DNA of 63,072 bases, filler included, from Stramenopiles sp. TOSAG23-3 (GCA_900128585.1; 12 parts of 12 records of this genome joined end to end with filler, not necessarily neighbours in it), one strand, 5' to 3'. Positions 21,471 through 31,535 are shown, counted from the whole stretch's first letter. Notes: generated from the letters alone by a model not told the origin. A program made the numbers and translations.

Positions 21471-23123
21471 ATGAAATTTCGCTGTCTTGCTGCCGTTTAT
21501 TTGGTGCTTATTGCTACCAGCGCAAATATTTTGCCAGCAGCAGGATCAATACTCTTGCCGTCAACCTATGGCTCAAATATGGTTCTAAAACATTCTACCC
21601 CACAGACCTTTTGGGGTATTGCTGGTAAAGGCGATAAGGTAACACTAACAATTAGTGATAAGAGCTACAGCGAGACGACCGCGGCAGACCCCGATACTGG
21701 ACGGTTTTCTTTCGTGCTTCCATCCCACCCTCCAACAAAAGCAGGAGACCCGGTAGTGAACATTACTGTTTCTTCCTCGTCGGATGGTGCCGTTTCTCTT
21801 ACGGACGCTGTATGGGGCGAAGTCATACTTTGTGGAGGCCAGTCAAATATGGCTATCAGTGTTCAGATGGCTATGAACGCCAGTTGGGAAATAGAGCATG
21901 CAGGACATCCAAATCTTCGACTTCTTCAAGTGGCAAATTTAGACAGTTTTGCGCGGCAGAGCACCCCTTTGGAAAACACTACTATGTCCTTGACGTGGTC
22001 CAAAAGTGCACCTGATACAGTGCCGTTATTTTCGGCCGTTTGCTACTATACTGGGGTGAACGTCTTGGACAGCATCCTGAACGACAGAATGCCCCTTGGG
22101 CTTATAGAATCGTGCTGGGGCGGAACTCCTATTGAAACGTGGATGCCACCTTCTGCGTTGGAAAAATGTGGCAAGGGAGAGCACAGATTGAACAAGCAGC
22201 GCATGCAGCTGGAAATTAAGACACGGGATATGTTGAGTCATATGCCGCCTTACTTGAGGAAGGCATATCATCTCGGTGGCCCGCATACTCCGTCGGCATT
22301 GTATAATGCAATGATTCATCCACTGCTGAACACTCGAATTTCAGGTGTGCTTTGGTACCAAGCGGAGAGCAACGTTGGCCCTCCACCGGCTGCAGCACAA
22401 TATGCGGACTGCTTCAAAGAACTAATTTTAGATTGGCGGTCAGAATTTGCGGGAAAGGCTCCATCGGAATTGAAACTGCAAGAAGACGCTGACTTTGGTT
22501 TTGTTTTCGTACAAATAAGCGACTGGCCCTACGACGGAGATCAAATAAGTGAGATGAGATTTGCCCAGACAGCTGCCCTTGCGCTGCCCAAAACGGGGAT
22601 GGTCGTTGCTGCCGATATTGGTGATGTAGCGTCCCCAAACAATAACATACACCCTGACAACAAGCAAGAAGTAGGACGCCGCGCCTCTTACGTATTCGAT
22701 GGCGTTGTTTTTGGGAACGATAAAACCACTTACCGTGGGCCCCGACCTATTGGTATTAAAGCGTCAAACTGGCACCAGTCCTGGGGTAACTTCCACTCTG
22801 GAACGGGCGAATATGGTTATTGCAATCTGACAACTGTTGTTCGTTGTGTAGGTATCGTAATCAACTTTGACCAAAACGTGTACTCAAGGAGACTCCTGAA
22901 CCCACAAATGCGTTCAGGTTTTGAGCTCTGGGTAGGAACTTTATGGCAGCCAGTCAGTATGACTGGTGTGATTAATGAAACGGCTATCCAACTAAATGTG
23001 ACGGCTGATGCTGGATTTCCAAGACCATTACGGTATGGATGGGGCATGTACCCATACATGCACTTGTATAATGACCTTGAGTTTCCCGTAGCCCCATTCA
23101 ATATCACAATAGATCCTCAATAG
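21471..23123 (+). CDS. SIAE: Secreted sialate O-acetylesterase-family (SASA/SGNH) esterase
   Basis: Signal peptide, then LPSTYGSNMVL, GEVILCGGQSNM, FSAVCYY, WGGTPIETW, LYNAMIHPL, GVLWYQAESN and DIGD...IHPDNKQEVGRR. Confidence 0.92.
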   Translation: MKFRCLAAVYLVLIATSANILPAAGSILLPSTYGSNMVLKHSTPQTFWGIAGKGDKVTLTISDKSYSETTAADPDTGRFSFVLPSHPPTKAGDPVVNITVSSSSDGAVSLTDAVWGEVILCGGQSNMAISVQMAMNASWEIEHAGHPNLRLLQVANLDSFARQSTPLENTTMSLTWSKSAPDTVPLFSAVCYYTGVNVLDSILNDRMPLGLIESCWGGTPIETWMPPSALEKCGKGEHRLNKQRMQLEIKTRDMLSHMPPYLRKAYHLGGPHTPSALYNAMIHPLLNTRISGVLWYQAESNVGPPPAAAQYADCFKELILDWRSEFAGKAPSELKLQEDADFGFVFVQISDWPYDGDQISEMRFAQTAALALPKTGMVVAADIGDVASPNNNIHPDNKQEVGRRASYVFDGVVFGNDKTTYRGPRPIGIKASNWHQSWGNFHSGTGEYGYCNLTTVVRCVGIVINFDQNVYSRRLLNPQMRSGFELWVGTLWQPVSMTGVINETAIQLNVTADAGFPRPLRYGWGMYPYMHLYNDLEFPVAPFNITIDPQ

Positions 23124-23613
23124 AATATTCAACGACTAACGTGGCGAGTGGCGAGTGGCGAACAATTTATATATATTCAGTGCTATGTATGCTGTAAAGC
23201 TCTTCTCGTTGTAATTAATAGACTGAATGAATGTAACAATACCTAAATTCGCATACAACTACACTGCACCGAAACTGGAGTTTTTTTTGGCAACTACAAG
23301 TACAGATCGTCGTATTATTTTCGAAAACCAAAGCCTATTTGATTGGCATCGATAGAGAATAGGCAAAACACAGCAGGAAGAACGAATTAGACTATTTGAT
23401 TACTGTACTTCGAGTCTTGCTCATAGCACAATATGCGAAAACTAGGGACACTACTCTTTTGAATTACTATATTGGAATGCAAATTTACCGAACATACACA
23501 CTTCAAATTTAATCAATACATCGCACAGTTGCTCAACTAAATTCTTTTTTCGCGAAGACCATCAAAATATTAAATCAAAATGCTCTTTATACGATCTCTG
23601 TTCACTAGCGCAG

Positions 23614-23715
23614 ATACTAGTGAAAGACCTGACTGCGGGTTATTATCATACCTGTGCTTTGCTGGACGATGGAACTGCCAAGTGCTGGGGTAAAGTAGAT
23701 AATTGTACACTCTAA
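23614..23715 (+). pseudogene. Orphan single RCC1/BLIP-II repeat fragment
   Basis: Translates ILVKDLTAGYYHTCALLDDGTAKCWGK, a textbook RCC1-type repeat core. No start codon or further repeats nearby. Confidence 0.7.
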
Positions 23716-23968
23716 ATTTTAAAATCAAGACTGTTCCTAGATAATAAATTATAATTTAGAACCTCGACACTTTATAATCGTGGCCATGCATTCAAAAATC
23801 CTTTTCAGGCATTAAATACGGAACACGAACGACGCCAGTTTTCTCCGTCATCGGGGGGGGACTCTCACCCAGCTAGGAATTAAAATAAATGTGGTTCTTC
23901 TCTTGCACTACGCATTCAACGCATTTATAGCATTGCAGAAACTCCCATCAATGCAAAAATACTCACCA

Positions 23969-25777
23969 TTACGGACCAAACGGCACCAGTGGATGCTCCA
24001 ACCAAACGGCACCAGTGGATGCTCCAGAGGCGGCCGTGGTGGTGGTGCTTGGTGCTTCTGTTGTTGTCGTTGTCGTTGGATTTGTGTCAAGTGTCCATAT
24101 GTTGCCACCATATGCGACAATCGCCGCCATTCTCGTCCCATCTGCCGACATAGTGATACCTGACCATTTTTTCGTCGCACCAATGGAGGTATCTTCCGTC
24201 CATGTCACACCGCTGTTGTTGGAGGTCCATATGTTGCCTTGATGAGCACACGCCGCCAGCTTTGTCCCGTTTGGCGACATAGTGATACCACTCCAATGTT
24301 TCACCACACCAGTGGTGTTAAAAAGCGTCCAGTTCGCACCGCTATTGCTGGAGATCCATATGCCGCCACCCTCCACAGTCTCCGCAGTCGCCGCCAGCTT
24401 CGTCCCGTCTGCCGAGGAGGTGATATCAGTCCACTCTTTATCCAACGCACCAGTGGTGGTAACTTCCGTCCAGCTCGCACCGCTGTTGCTGGAGGTCCAT
24501 ATGTTCTCTTTTGATGGATGGGTTTGGGTACCCGCCGCCAACTTCGTCCCATCTTCCGAGGAGGTGATTCGATTCCATTGTTTCGTCGCACCAACGGAGG
24601 TACTGGTCCAGGTCGCACCACTATTGCTGGAGGTCCATATGTCGCCACCCTTCACAGTCGCCGCCAGCTTCGTCCCGTCTGCTGAGGAGGTAATCCCATA
24701 CCAATTTTTCGTCGCACCAGTGGTGGTAACTTCCGTCCAGGTCGCACCACTATCGTTGGAGATCCAGATATTGCCCTGAAGCACAACTGCCGCCAGCTTC
24801 GTCCCATCTGCTGAGGAGGTAATCCTCCACCAAGTTTTCTTCGCACCAATATTAGTGACCTCCGTCCAGGTCCTACCGCTGTCGCTAGAGGTCCATATGT
24901 TGGTAGCCGCGTAGGTAGAAGATAAACCAACCGCCGCCAATTTAGTCCCGTCTTCCGAGGAAGTAATATCAGTCCAGAATCTTGGATCAATAGAGGTTAC
25001 CTCGGTCCAAGTCGCAGCAGCAGATATGTGGCCTGCGCTCGAGGCTGCGGTGCTGGTTGTTGGTGCTGCTGGGGCGGCCGTAGTTGTAGTTGTTGTAGTT
25101 GGGGCGGCCGTAGTTGTAGTTGTTGTAGTTGTGGCGTCCGTCAGAATAACATATACTTGTTCTCCAACATTAGCATTAGTGGTTGCTTTACATTCTCTGA
25201 TTGCCATCACCGTGTAGTTTGTATTGGCCCACGTCAATCCGGCGACATTTGCAGCGCTACAACCAGTAGCGATGGGAATATCAGTAATAGTCCCAGCAGC
25301 GGCGCAAGTGGCAGGACCAATTGCCATGGTTTTAGAAACTGACCAGCACAAGTGGTTTCCTGTTGTAAGGCCAGTTACCGTAACCTCGGACCCTGGGGCA
25401 ATAGTCTGCCGTAATGTAATTTCGATTTGCTGCGTCAACACCGTTGCGACTGCCGATCCAACAACAGTGGTACCTCCTCCTACACATTCTATAAACGATA
25501 CGTGGGTATTTGCTACGGTCGTCCAAAAAGGGCGGGCATTGTTTAGAGCACCACATCCAGTGGTACCAGCATCAGTGGCAGTCCCAACTCCAGTGCAAGA
25601 CGTTGTTTCAGTCGCTGAGGTTGCAGCAGTCCAGCACAGATAGTTCCCGGATGTTAGGCCGGTTATTCCGACAGCTTCTCCTTTCTTAATGGTTATTGTG
25701 GCACCATCGGTCACTGAGATTGCGGCGGATGCACTGCTCAGGCAAGTGCACGCAAGAAAGAGTAAAAAGGTTTTCAT
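23969..25777 (-). CDS. Secreted/surface protein: two Cys-containing N-terminal repeats, Thr linker, Asp-box (BNR) beta-propeller, Thr linker
   Basis: Signal peptide MKTFLLFLACTCLSSASA. Six to seven repeats of about 43 aa, WxxITSSADGTKLAA...IWTSSxSGATWT. The C-terminus is frameshifted by a 26-bp duplication; without it the stop would be at 23925. Confidence 0.88.
   Translation of the reverse strand: MKTFLLFLACTCLSSASAAISVTDGATITIKKGEAVGITGLTSGNYLCWTAATSATETTSCTGVGTATDAGTTGCGALNNARPFWTTVANTHVSFIECVGGGTTVVGSAVATVLTQQIEITLRQTIAPGSEVTVTGLTTGNHLCWSVSKTMAIGPATCAAAGTITDIPIATGCSAANVAGLTWANTNYTVMAIRECKATTNANVGEQVYVILTDATTTTTTTTAAPTTTTTTTAAPAAPTTSTAASSAGHISAAATWTEVTSIDPRFWTDITSSEDGTKLAAVGLSSTYAATNIWTSSDSGRTWTEVTNIGAKKTWWRITSSADGTKLAAVVLQGNIWISNDSGATWTEVTTTGATKNWYGITSSADGTKLAATVKGGDIWTSSNSGATWTSTSVGATKQWNRITSSEDGTKLAAGTQTHPSKENIWTSSNSGASWTEVTTTGALDKEWTDITSSADGTKLAATAETVEGGGIWISSNSGANWTLFNTTGVVKHWSGITMSPNGTKLAACAHQGNIWTSNNSGVTWTEDTSIGATKKWSGITMSADGTRMAAIVAYGGNIWTLDTNPTTTTTTEAPSTTTTAASGASTGAVWLEHPLVPFGP
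23975..24026. repeat. Perfect 26-bp tandem duplication within a CDS 3' end
   Basis: ACCAAACGGCACCAGTGGATGCTCCA at 23975-24000 and 24001-24026. Confidence 0.97.
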
Positions 25778-26033
25778 TTTAATAATTTGATTTTGTTTGA
25801 GTGGCAATGGAGTTTTCTGAAAAAAGAAATTTTAAATATGCGGTATTAGATATTTGGCTTTCAATGTATCGCCTTCAATGTATGAATTGCTCTCTGTTTC
25901 GTTTTATTTCTCTGCGCGTTATGTGAGACGTTCCGTGGCGACAAAATCCCAACAACTACGGTAGCAGCCGGTTAAATATTTGATCGATTACTTCTTATTT
26001 TTAATGCCTAGACGACGACTATATGTTCATTAC

Positions 26034-26187
26034 GTAGACACAACAAGAAATTGGTGACTCACAGTAGTAGAAAGATAACAGTATTGTTTTTGGATTTTTT
26101 TTTAAAACTGTGTTTTTTATGTAGATACAACAAGAAATTGGTGACACACTAGTAGAAAGATAACAGTATTGTTTTTGGATTTTTTTA
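26034..26187. repeat. Imperfect direct repeat of about 70 bp, two copies
   Basis: GTAGA(C/T)ACAACAAGAAATTGGTGAC...TAGTAGAAAGATAACAGTATTGTTTTTGGATTTTTT starts at about 26034 and 26121. Confidence 0.9.
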
Positions 26188-26369
26188 ACTAGAGACTATA
26201 GACTATATAGATATTTTAAAAGTTTTTGATGTATCAAAGTTGGGCTTCGTCGATGATAATTGTTTTAATNNNNNNNNNNNNNNNNNNNNNNNNNNNNNNN
26301 NNNNNNNNNNNNNTTAATTAATTAANNNNNNNNNNNNNNNNNNNNNNNNNNNNNNNNNNNNNNNNNNNN

Positions 26370-26586
26370 CCTCCAGCATGAATATCCACTTGGTCTTTCC
26401 ACCCGACGACGTGGCAGGTTTGTAATAGAACCCAGATGAACTACCGTCCAAACATTTCGACGTAGGAATGCCCGATAGAAGGGTCAGCGTTGCGTTGTTA
26501 TTGGCCGCCGCAACAGGCACACGCACACTGCTGCAAAGGAGCAGTGTGCGTGTAAGCAAGAAAGCCACCACTGGAGGAATTTTCAT
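26370..26586 (-). CDS. 3'-partial secreted pectin acetylesterase/Notum-family esterase (CE13)
   Basis: Signal peptide, then SKCLDGSSSGFYY...KWIFMLE, matching the CLDGS...WxxxLEGGG start of this family. Cut by the gap. Confidence 0.8.
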
Positions 26587-27190
26587 TTGTTGTTGTTGTA
26601 AGAAAACGCGTTTCTATTATAAACTTATTTAACGTTCGAAAAAACGGAAATATCGTAAAACGTTGTGATTTTCAATCAATTGTATTGAATTGCTTACGAG
26701 TATACAACACATTTACCATTCTTCTTCATTTTAGCATTCAACAATTCAACATGCAACTACTCTACTTTTTAAAAAAAAAAATAGACAAAAAACCACCTCG
26801 TAATACTAATAATAATATAATAATAGAGACTAGCGTATTACGGTAATAAATAATATTAATATTAATGTACAATTTAAATCATCACATCATCATCATTCGA
26901 TAATACGAGAAATTTTTAAGAAGAAGAAAGAGGAGGGGGAGGAGGACGGCGATCGCGTCGTCGTATTATTATTATTATCTTTTTTTAAAAAGAGAAGCCG
27001 GAGGTGTCCTGCTTATTAGACCTCTTGTTATTGCATGGTTCTATTCAATGTATTTTAAGAAATAAAAAGGATTGGAGTTAGTTGAAAGACGAATCGTTTG
27101 ATTGTTCTGATTCATGAGTCAGGTATTTGATTTAAATCTCAAGGTTTTACTGTTTTGTTTGGAAGGAAAGTAATTGATAAGTTCACGAGG

Positions 27191-29434
27191 ATGATGCAGA
27201 CTTTGATACTGGCGTGGTGCTTCTTGATCGGCGTCTCCCTCGCGGACACGCGGGTCGTTACGATAGACAACACCAAGCCCCGCCTGGACGTGAACGGGGA
27301 CATTATCAACGCCCACGATGGTTCGTACCAAAAATATGGAGGGTATTACTACTACCATGCTGCAGAGTACGACTTATGCAAAGAGCCTTTGAAGAGAGGG
27401 TGCGACCGAGAAGTAAAACCAGACCCAGACTGTGGTTTTCGGGATGACCATAACGTCAGCATTTGGAGAAGCCAAGACCTTTCGTCCGGGAGTTGGGAAA
27501 AGTTGGGAACGGCCGTCGAGTGCCAAAAACTACCAGGGTGCGGTGTGTTGTACCGGCCCCATTTGGTGTTCAACCCAAACACAAAAAAGTACGTCCTATT
27601 CGTCAACTACGTTGGCAAGGGGCAGGGCGAAGGAAAAGAGTTGGGAGGGCGTTACAAAGGCTACGCTGTCTACAGTTCGGACTCACCGGCCGGTCCGTTT
27701 GCATTGGAGAATCCCGAAATGAACGTGACTCGCCTGTGTCCGGGCCCGGGCGCGCCCGGCCCTGATTGTGGAAAGTCCCAAGGCTCGTGCGGTGACTTTA
27801 CCATATTCGTCGACAAAAAAGATGGGCAAGGCTACATTATGTATGGGTGTAATTATTATATGGGCATTGAAATGCTCACAGACTCTTACTACCACTCCCT
27901 TGGCATTTCAGAGGGTAACAAAAACGCTACTGCGCCCGGGGGGTACTTCAACGGGAACCTCTTTCCGGACTACTTTGTCGAAGCGCCCGTTATGTTTGAG
28001 CGGGGAGGCATCTACTACACCATGTACGGCCACTGCTGCTGTTTTTGCTACCAAGGGAGCGGGATAATTGTGTACACCGCAACTTCGCCAATGGGCCCAT
28101 GGAAAGAGAGCGGTGGCAATCTTGCCTGTGTTCCGCCGGGAGAGGTTACAATGCCTACGTCTGCCCTTGGCGTAAAAGGGGCACCAACCCCGGGGCAAGG
28201 GTGCCTGTACAATGGATCAGACTATGTATCGACTACGAAGGCACAGCAAAATTTCGTCATTGAAGTTCCGAACGCTTCGGGTGAGTCTACGTTTGTTTGG
28301 ACCGGTGATCTCTGGCAACAAGCGCCAGATGGTATCAAAGGCCACGAAGGGCAGTTTTGGTCTCCCTTGAAATTCGACAAAATGGGCCGAATAGGGAAGG
28401 TAAAGCACATATCTTCCTTCAAAATCGAGATCGAAGCTGACGGATTTCCAGTCTATTGGAATGTCGACGAAAACACAAGCCCTGCAATCGACGTAACTAA
28501 GTACGGCTTCCTTGCTCGAAATTACACACAAGTTGGAGGAGGGTGCACCACACCAGGATGCAAATCTTGGTCGCAAGGGGTTTGGCCTACTTTGTCAAGT
28601 TCAGGCAAAATTGTCAACGGGGGGGTGCCACAAAATGGGAATTTGGAATTACACTTGAACACTATTGCAAAGACGTTGCCATTGTGGATTCCAGATTCAG
28701 AATGGGACGGGAACGCTGTTTTGGATTTTGAGGCGTGGACAACCGTATGGGACTTCAACGAAGGGCAAGGCGACTGGCATTCGAAGCGCTACCAAAATTA
28801 CAGCATTGAAATCGTCAAAGCAAAGCACCCAACATGGTCACCTGCGAAGATTGTCGAAGCGGCAAAAGCAGAGTTTGAGTCTGCAGCAACCAATTGGTTT
28901 GTAAAGACGTTAGAAACCTGCAAAAAACTGCGGCCGAAGGCGAAGTGGGGCTTTTACGGTCTCCCGCTCAACGACGCAAATTGCTCGTCTGACGTTTGTG
29001 GGTATGACTTGCCCGGCCCTGCTGGAGAAAAGTTACGAAATTATTCCGATCAGCAAAACCCAATTTGGGAAGCATCGACTGCGCTGTACCCTTCCATATA
29101 CATTCCTACTCCAATGCAAGGGGAAGATGAGAGAGCAAGGGCGTACGTTCATTCTACTGTGAAAGAGTCCCTAAGGTGCGCAAGCAACCAGCCTGGGCCA
29201 ACCCGCCCTGTGTATCCCTACGGATGGGACCATTACCACGATGGGCTTCATGTTTTAAGCACCGATGCTTTGAAGAGTCAGTTGGAGGTGCCATGCTCCT
29301 TGGGCGCAGCCGGTCTGGTCGAATGGGGAGATTCAAAACAGGCGACGAACAAATCATACTGGGAATGGTTTGTGAGTAAGGATGGGAGTGGGACAATCAC
29401 AAAGAATTTTATTTGCGACAGAAACGATTCTTAA
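27191..29434 (+). CDS. Secreted two-domain glycoside hydrolase: GH43 beta-propeller fused to a GH56 hyaluronidase-like TIM barrel
   Basis: GH43 part: NGDIINAHDG, LYRPH, GDF, VEAPVMF, KAQQNF, WTGDLW. GH56 part from about 28442: FPVYWNV, NGGVPQNGNLELHL, AVLDFEAW, AKAEFESAA, LRPKAKWGFYGLP, WEASTALYPSIY, GAAGLVEWG. Confidence 0.88.
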   Translation: MMQTLILAWCFLIGVSLADTRVVTIDNTKPRLDVNGDIINAHDGSYQKYGGYYYYHAAEYDLCKEPLKRGCDREVKPDPDCGFRDDHNVSIWRSQDLSSGSWEKLGTAVECQKLPGCGVLYRPHLVFNPNTKKYVLFVNYVGKGQGEGKELGGRYKGYAVYSSDSPAGPFALENPEMNVTRLCPGPGAPGPDCGKSQGSCGDFTIFVDKKDGQGYIMYGCNYYMGIEMLTDSYYHSLGISEGNKNATAPGGYFNGNLFPDYFVEAPVMFERGGIYYTMYGHCCCFCYQGSGIIVYTATSPMGPWKESGGNLACVPPGEVTMPTSALGVKGAPTPGQGCLYNGSDYVSTTKAQQNFVIEVPNASGESTFVWTGDLWQQAPDGIKGHEGQFWSPLKFDKMGRIGKVKHISSFKIEIEADGFPVYWNVDENTSPAIDVTKYGFLARNYTQVGGGCTTPGCKSWSQGVWPTLSSSGKIVNGGVPQNGNLELHLNTIAKTLPLWIPDSEWDGNAVLDFEAWTTVWDFNEGQGDWHSKRYQNYSIEIVKAKHPTWSPAKIVEAAKAEFESAATNWFVKTLETCKKLRPKAKWGFYGLPLNDANCSSDVCGYDLPGPAGEKLRNYSDQQNPIWEASTALYPSIYIPTPMQGEDERARAYVHSTVKESLRCASNQPGPTRPVYPYGWDHYHDGLHVLSTDALKSQLEVPCSLGAAGLVEWGDSKQATNKSYWEWFVSKDGSGTITKNFICDRNDS

Positions 29435-29472
29435 AGTGTACCGCGCTTAATTTTTTATTTATTCTCTTTTTT

Positions 29473-29494
29473 AAAAACAAGAAAATTGGCTGTT
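29473..29494 (+). repeat. Dispersed motif AAAAACAAGAAAATTGGCTGTT, single copy
   Basis: About 40 nt after the stop at 29434. Identical or near-identical copies occur on four other contigs. Confidence 0.9.
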
Positions 29495-29603
29495 AAAATT
29501 AGTGTACTGCGAACTTATTATATGTATACTGTGTTGATGTTAATATTTTAATCAATATATAATATACCCTCTGTTTTTTTATAATATACCCTTGTCACTT
29601 TAG

Positions 29604-29915
29604 TCTTGGCTATCATGCTCAGATGTCAGATGGGCAAATGCTAACCCGCTGCCAGAAGGAGTTTTGTATGATGTTGGCAAGTACAACGAGCGTAGGACTA
29701 ATATGTATGAAATAGATTTGTTTCACGACACTGATAACGCTGTTGCTGGGTATCAAGGTAAGCGGGACATTCATATGGGAGTAGACATCGGGGGGCCTGT
29801 TAATACAAATCTGTATGCATTTTGCGATTGCGAAATCTTGCATTTTAGATACAACGAGCCCAAGGGAGATTACGGGCATATCATAACCACCAGTCAAACA
29901 GAATTTTTTCTGTAG
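29604..29915 (+). pseudogene. Truncated M23-family peptidoglycan endopeptidase fragment
   Basis: YDVGKYNERR...RDIHMGVDIGGPVNTNLYAF...YNEPKGDYGHII contains the HxxxD zinc motif but stops before the HxH motif. No ATG precedes the conserved region. Confidence 0.75.
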
Positions 29916-29920
29916 AACGC

Positions 29921-31535
29921 TCAACGCTTTTCTACCTTCAGGTTTTCAATGTACGTTTGGTTTTTCTCGTTGTTCGCACAGAGGTTTCGAATGGCCAGTA
30001 TTCCCCATTCTCGGAGTAGAGGCCGTTTTGCATCTAAATGAGCGAGACTTAGGATGACGGGAATGGCGCCTATTTCGCGGATTTCGTCGCGCGCTTTCAT
30101 AGAATTAGCAAACAGGTTTGCCAGGACTCGCAACGACAGGACTGCCGATATCGGCGAGTTAGGACCAGGAGTCCCTTTCGTGGCCGGCTCGGCGATTCCC
30201 AACCTGCTGGGGTTCGCCAGGCACAGAATAACGAATTTCAACAATTTCGTGTCCTCGGCAATCGTCTCCCTTGCTGCATTCGAGCCTTGTATGGTCAGAT
30301 CCGCAAATAGTTCCAGCACTGCCGTGATAGCGTCGACAAGAAATGACCTCCATGCTTCTGCTTTGCATTCGTCCGCACCGCTCCGGTCCCCGTCTTCGGA
30401 GACGAGGCCGTGAAGCATGTCAATTAGCGCTCCCGCATCCCTTCCCGTAAGCTTTTGCAACATGGCATTGTTAGGCTCAGCGCTGCCCTCGCTTTCGTTG
30501 CTGTCGACTAGGCAACAGCGGGACAAAAATGCAATTAAGACCCGTTGCTCCATTGATATCTTCACAGGGCCCTCCCTGGCTGGCTTTACAGACTCAAGCG
30601 CTGGACCAAACATTCCCGTGTCAAGTATTGCTTCGAATAAAACCTCTCCCCACACAAAGCCTGGGTCATCTTCTTTCTCGGTGACTACATGCAGTAGAAT
30701 AGACGAGAGGACCGTATTCTTCACACGGTCTTGCCGAACGATTTCATTCAGGCGAGTCATATGTTCCACACCGGTGCTGCCGGTTTCCATGGCATGGCAA
30801 ATACAATTGTACACTATCATAACAACCGTGCCGTAAATGTTTCGTTCCATTCGTGCCCCTACCACCACCATCTCAGAAAAATAGTCCGTCTTTATGCAAT
30901 GTTCCCAGACCAGGCTCTGGTTTGCATCGCACATGACAATGCCGTTGCCGACAAACTGCAGCGCACTCCGAATTGCCCCGAGGCCCATGTCGCGCCAGTC
31001 CTCACCCGCATCTGCTGCAAAATCCGCCTCGCGCTTCCGCATCATCGCGAGGACAAACTGCAGGGCGGTCAGCAAGGCGCCTGACGTCGCGGCAATCCTT
31101 TGGCTGCTTGGGGCGTTAGCGCAGAGGTTTCTGTATCCCAAAAAGGTCAACTTTAAAATTCTAAGGGCGACGATTTCAGCTACTCCTGTGCTGAAAGACT
31201 TGGAATGAACAAATACGGACGCGAAGAAGGCGAGAACTTTTGCCATGCTCTCCCCCAGTCCCGACGAAGCCGCCTCGCACCGAAACTGTGCGTTCTGAAA
31301 CGACAACGTCTTGATCTTTGACACCAGCTCTTCCACAGCGTCCGTGTCGTTGGTCGCAATCGTTTCCTCTTCCGCGTTCTCTGGTTTGACGAACATGCGG
31401 CCCAAGTCGTGGCGCAGCTGTGCAGCAATTAAATGCAACCCCCACTGCGCATAAGTATCCTCTAACCGTTCCCGCACGCGATCACAAAACTCTTCCCGGC
31501 TGGGTGTGGCGGCGGCGGCGATCGACCCTGCTTCT
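29921..31535 (-). CDS. ATXN10: 5'-partial ataxin-10-like ARM-repeat protein
   Basis: LRVLANL...RDEIREIGAIPVIL...DAKRPLLREWGILAIRNLCANNEKNQ. The frame is open up to the gap. Confidence 0.85.

Noticed and set aside
24085..25020. ~130-bp DNA repeats as a mobile element or array
   Set aside because: They are in-frame Asp-box propeller blades of one protein.
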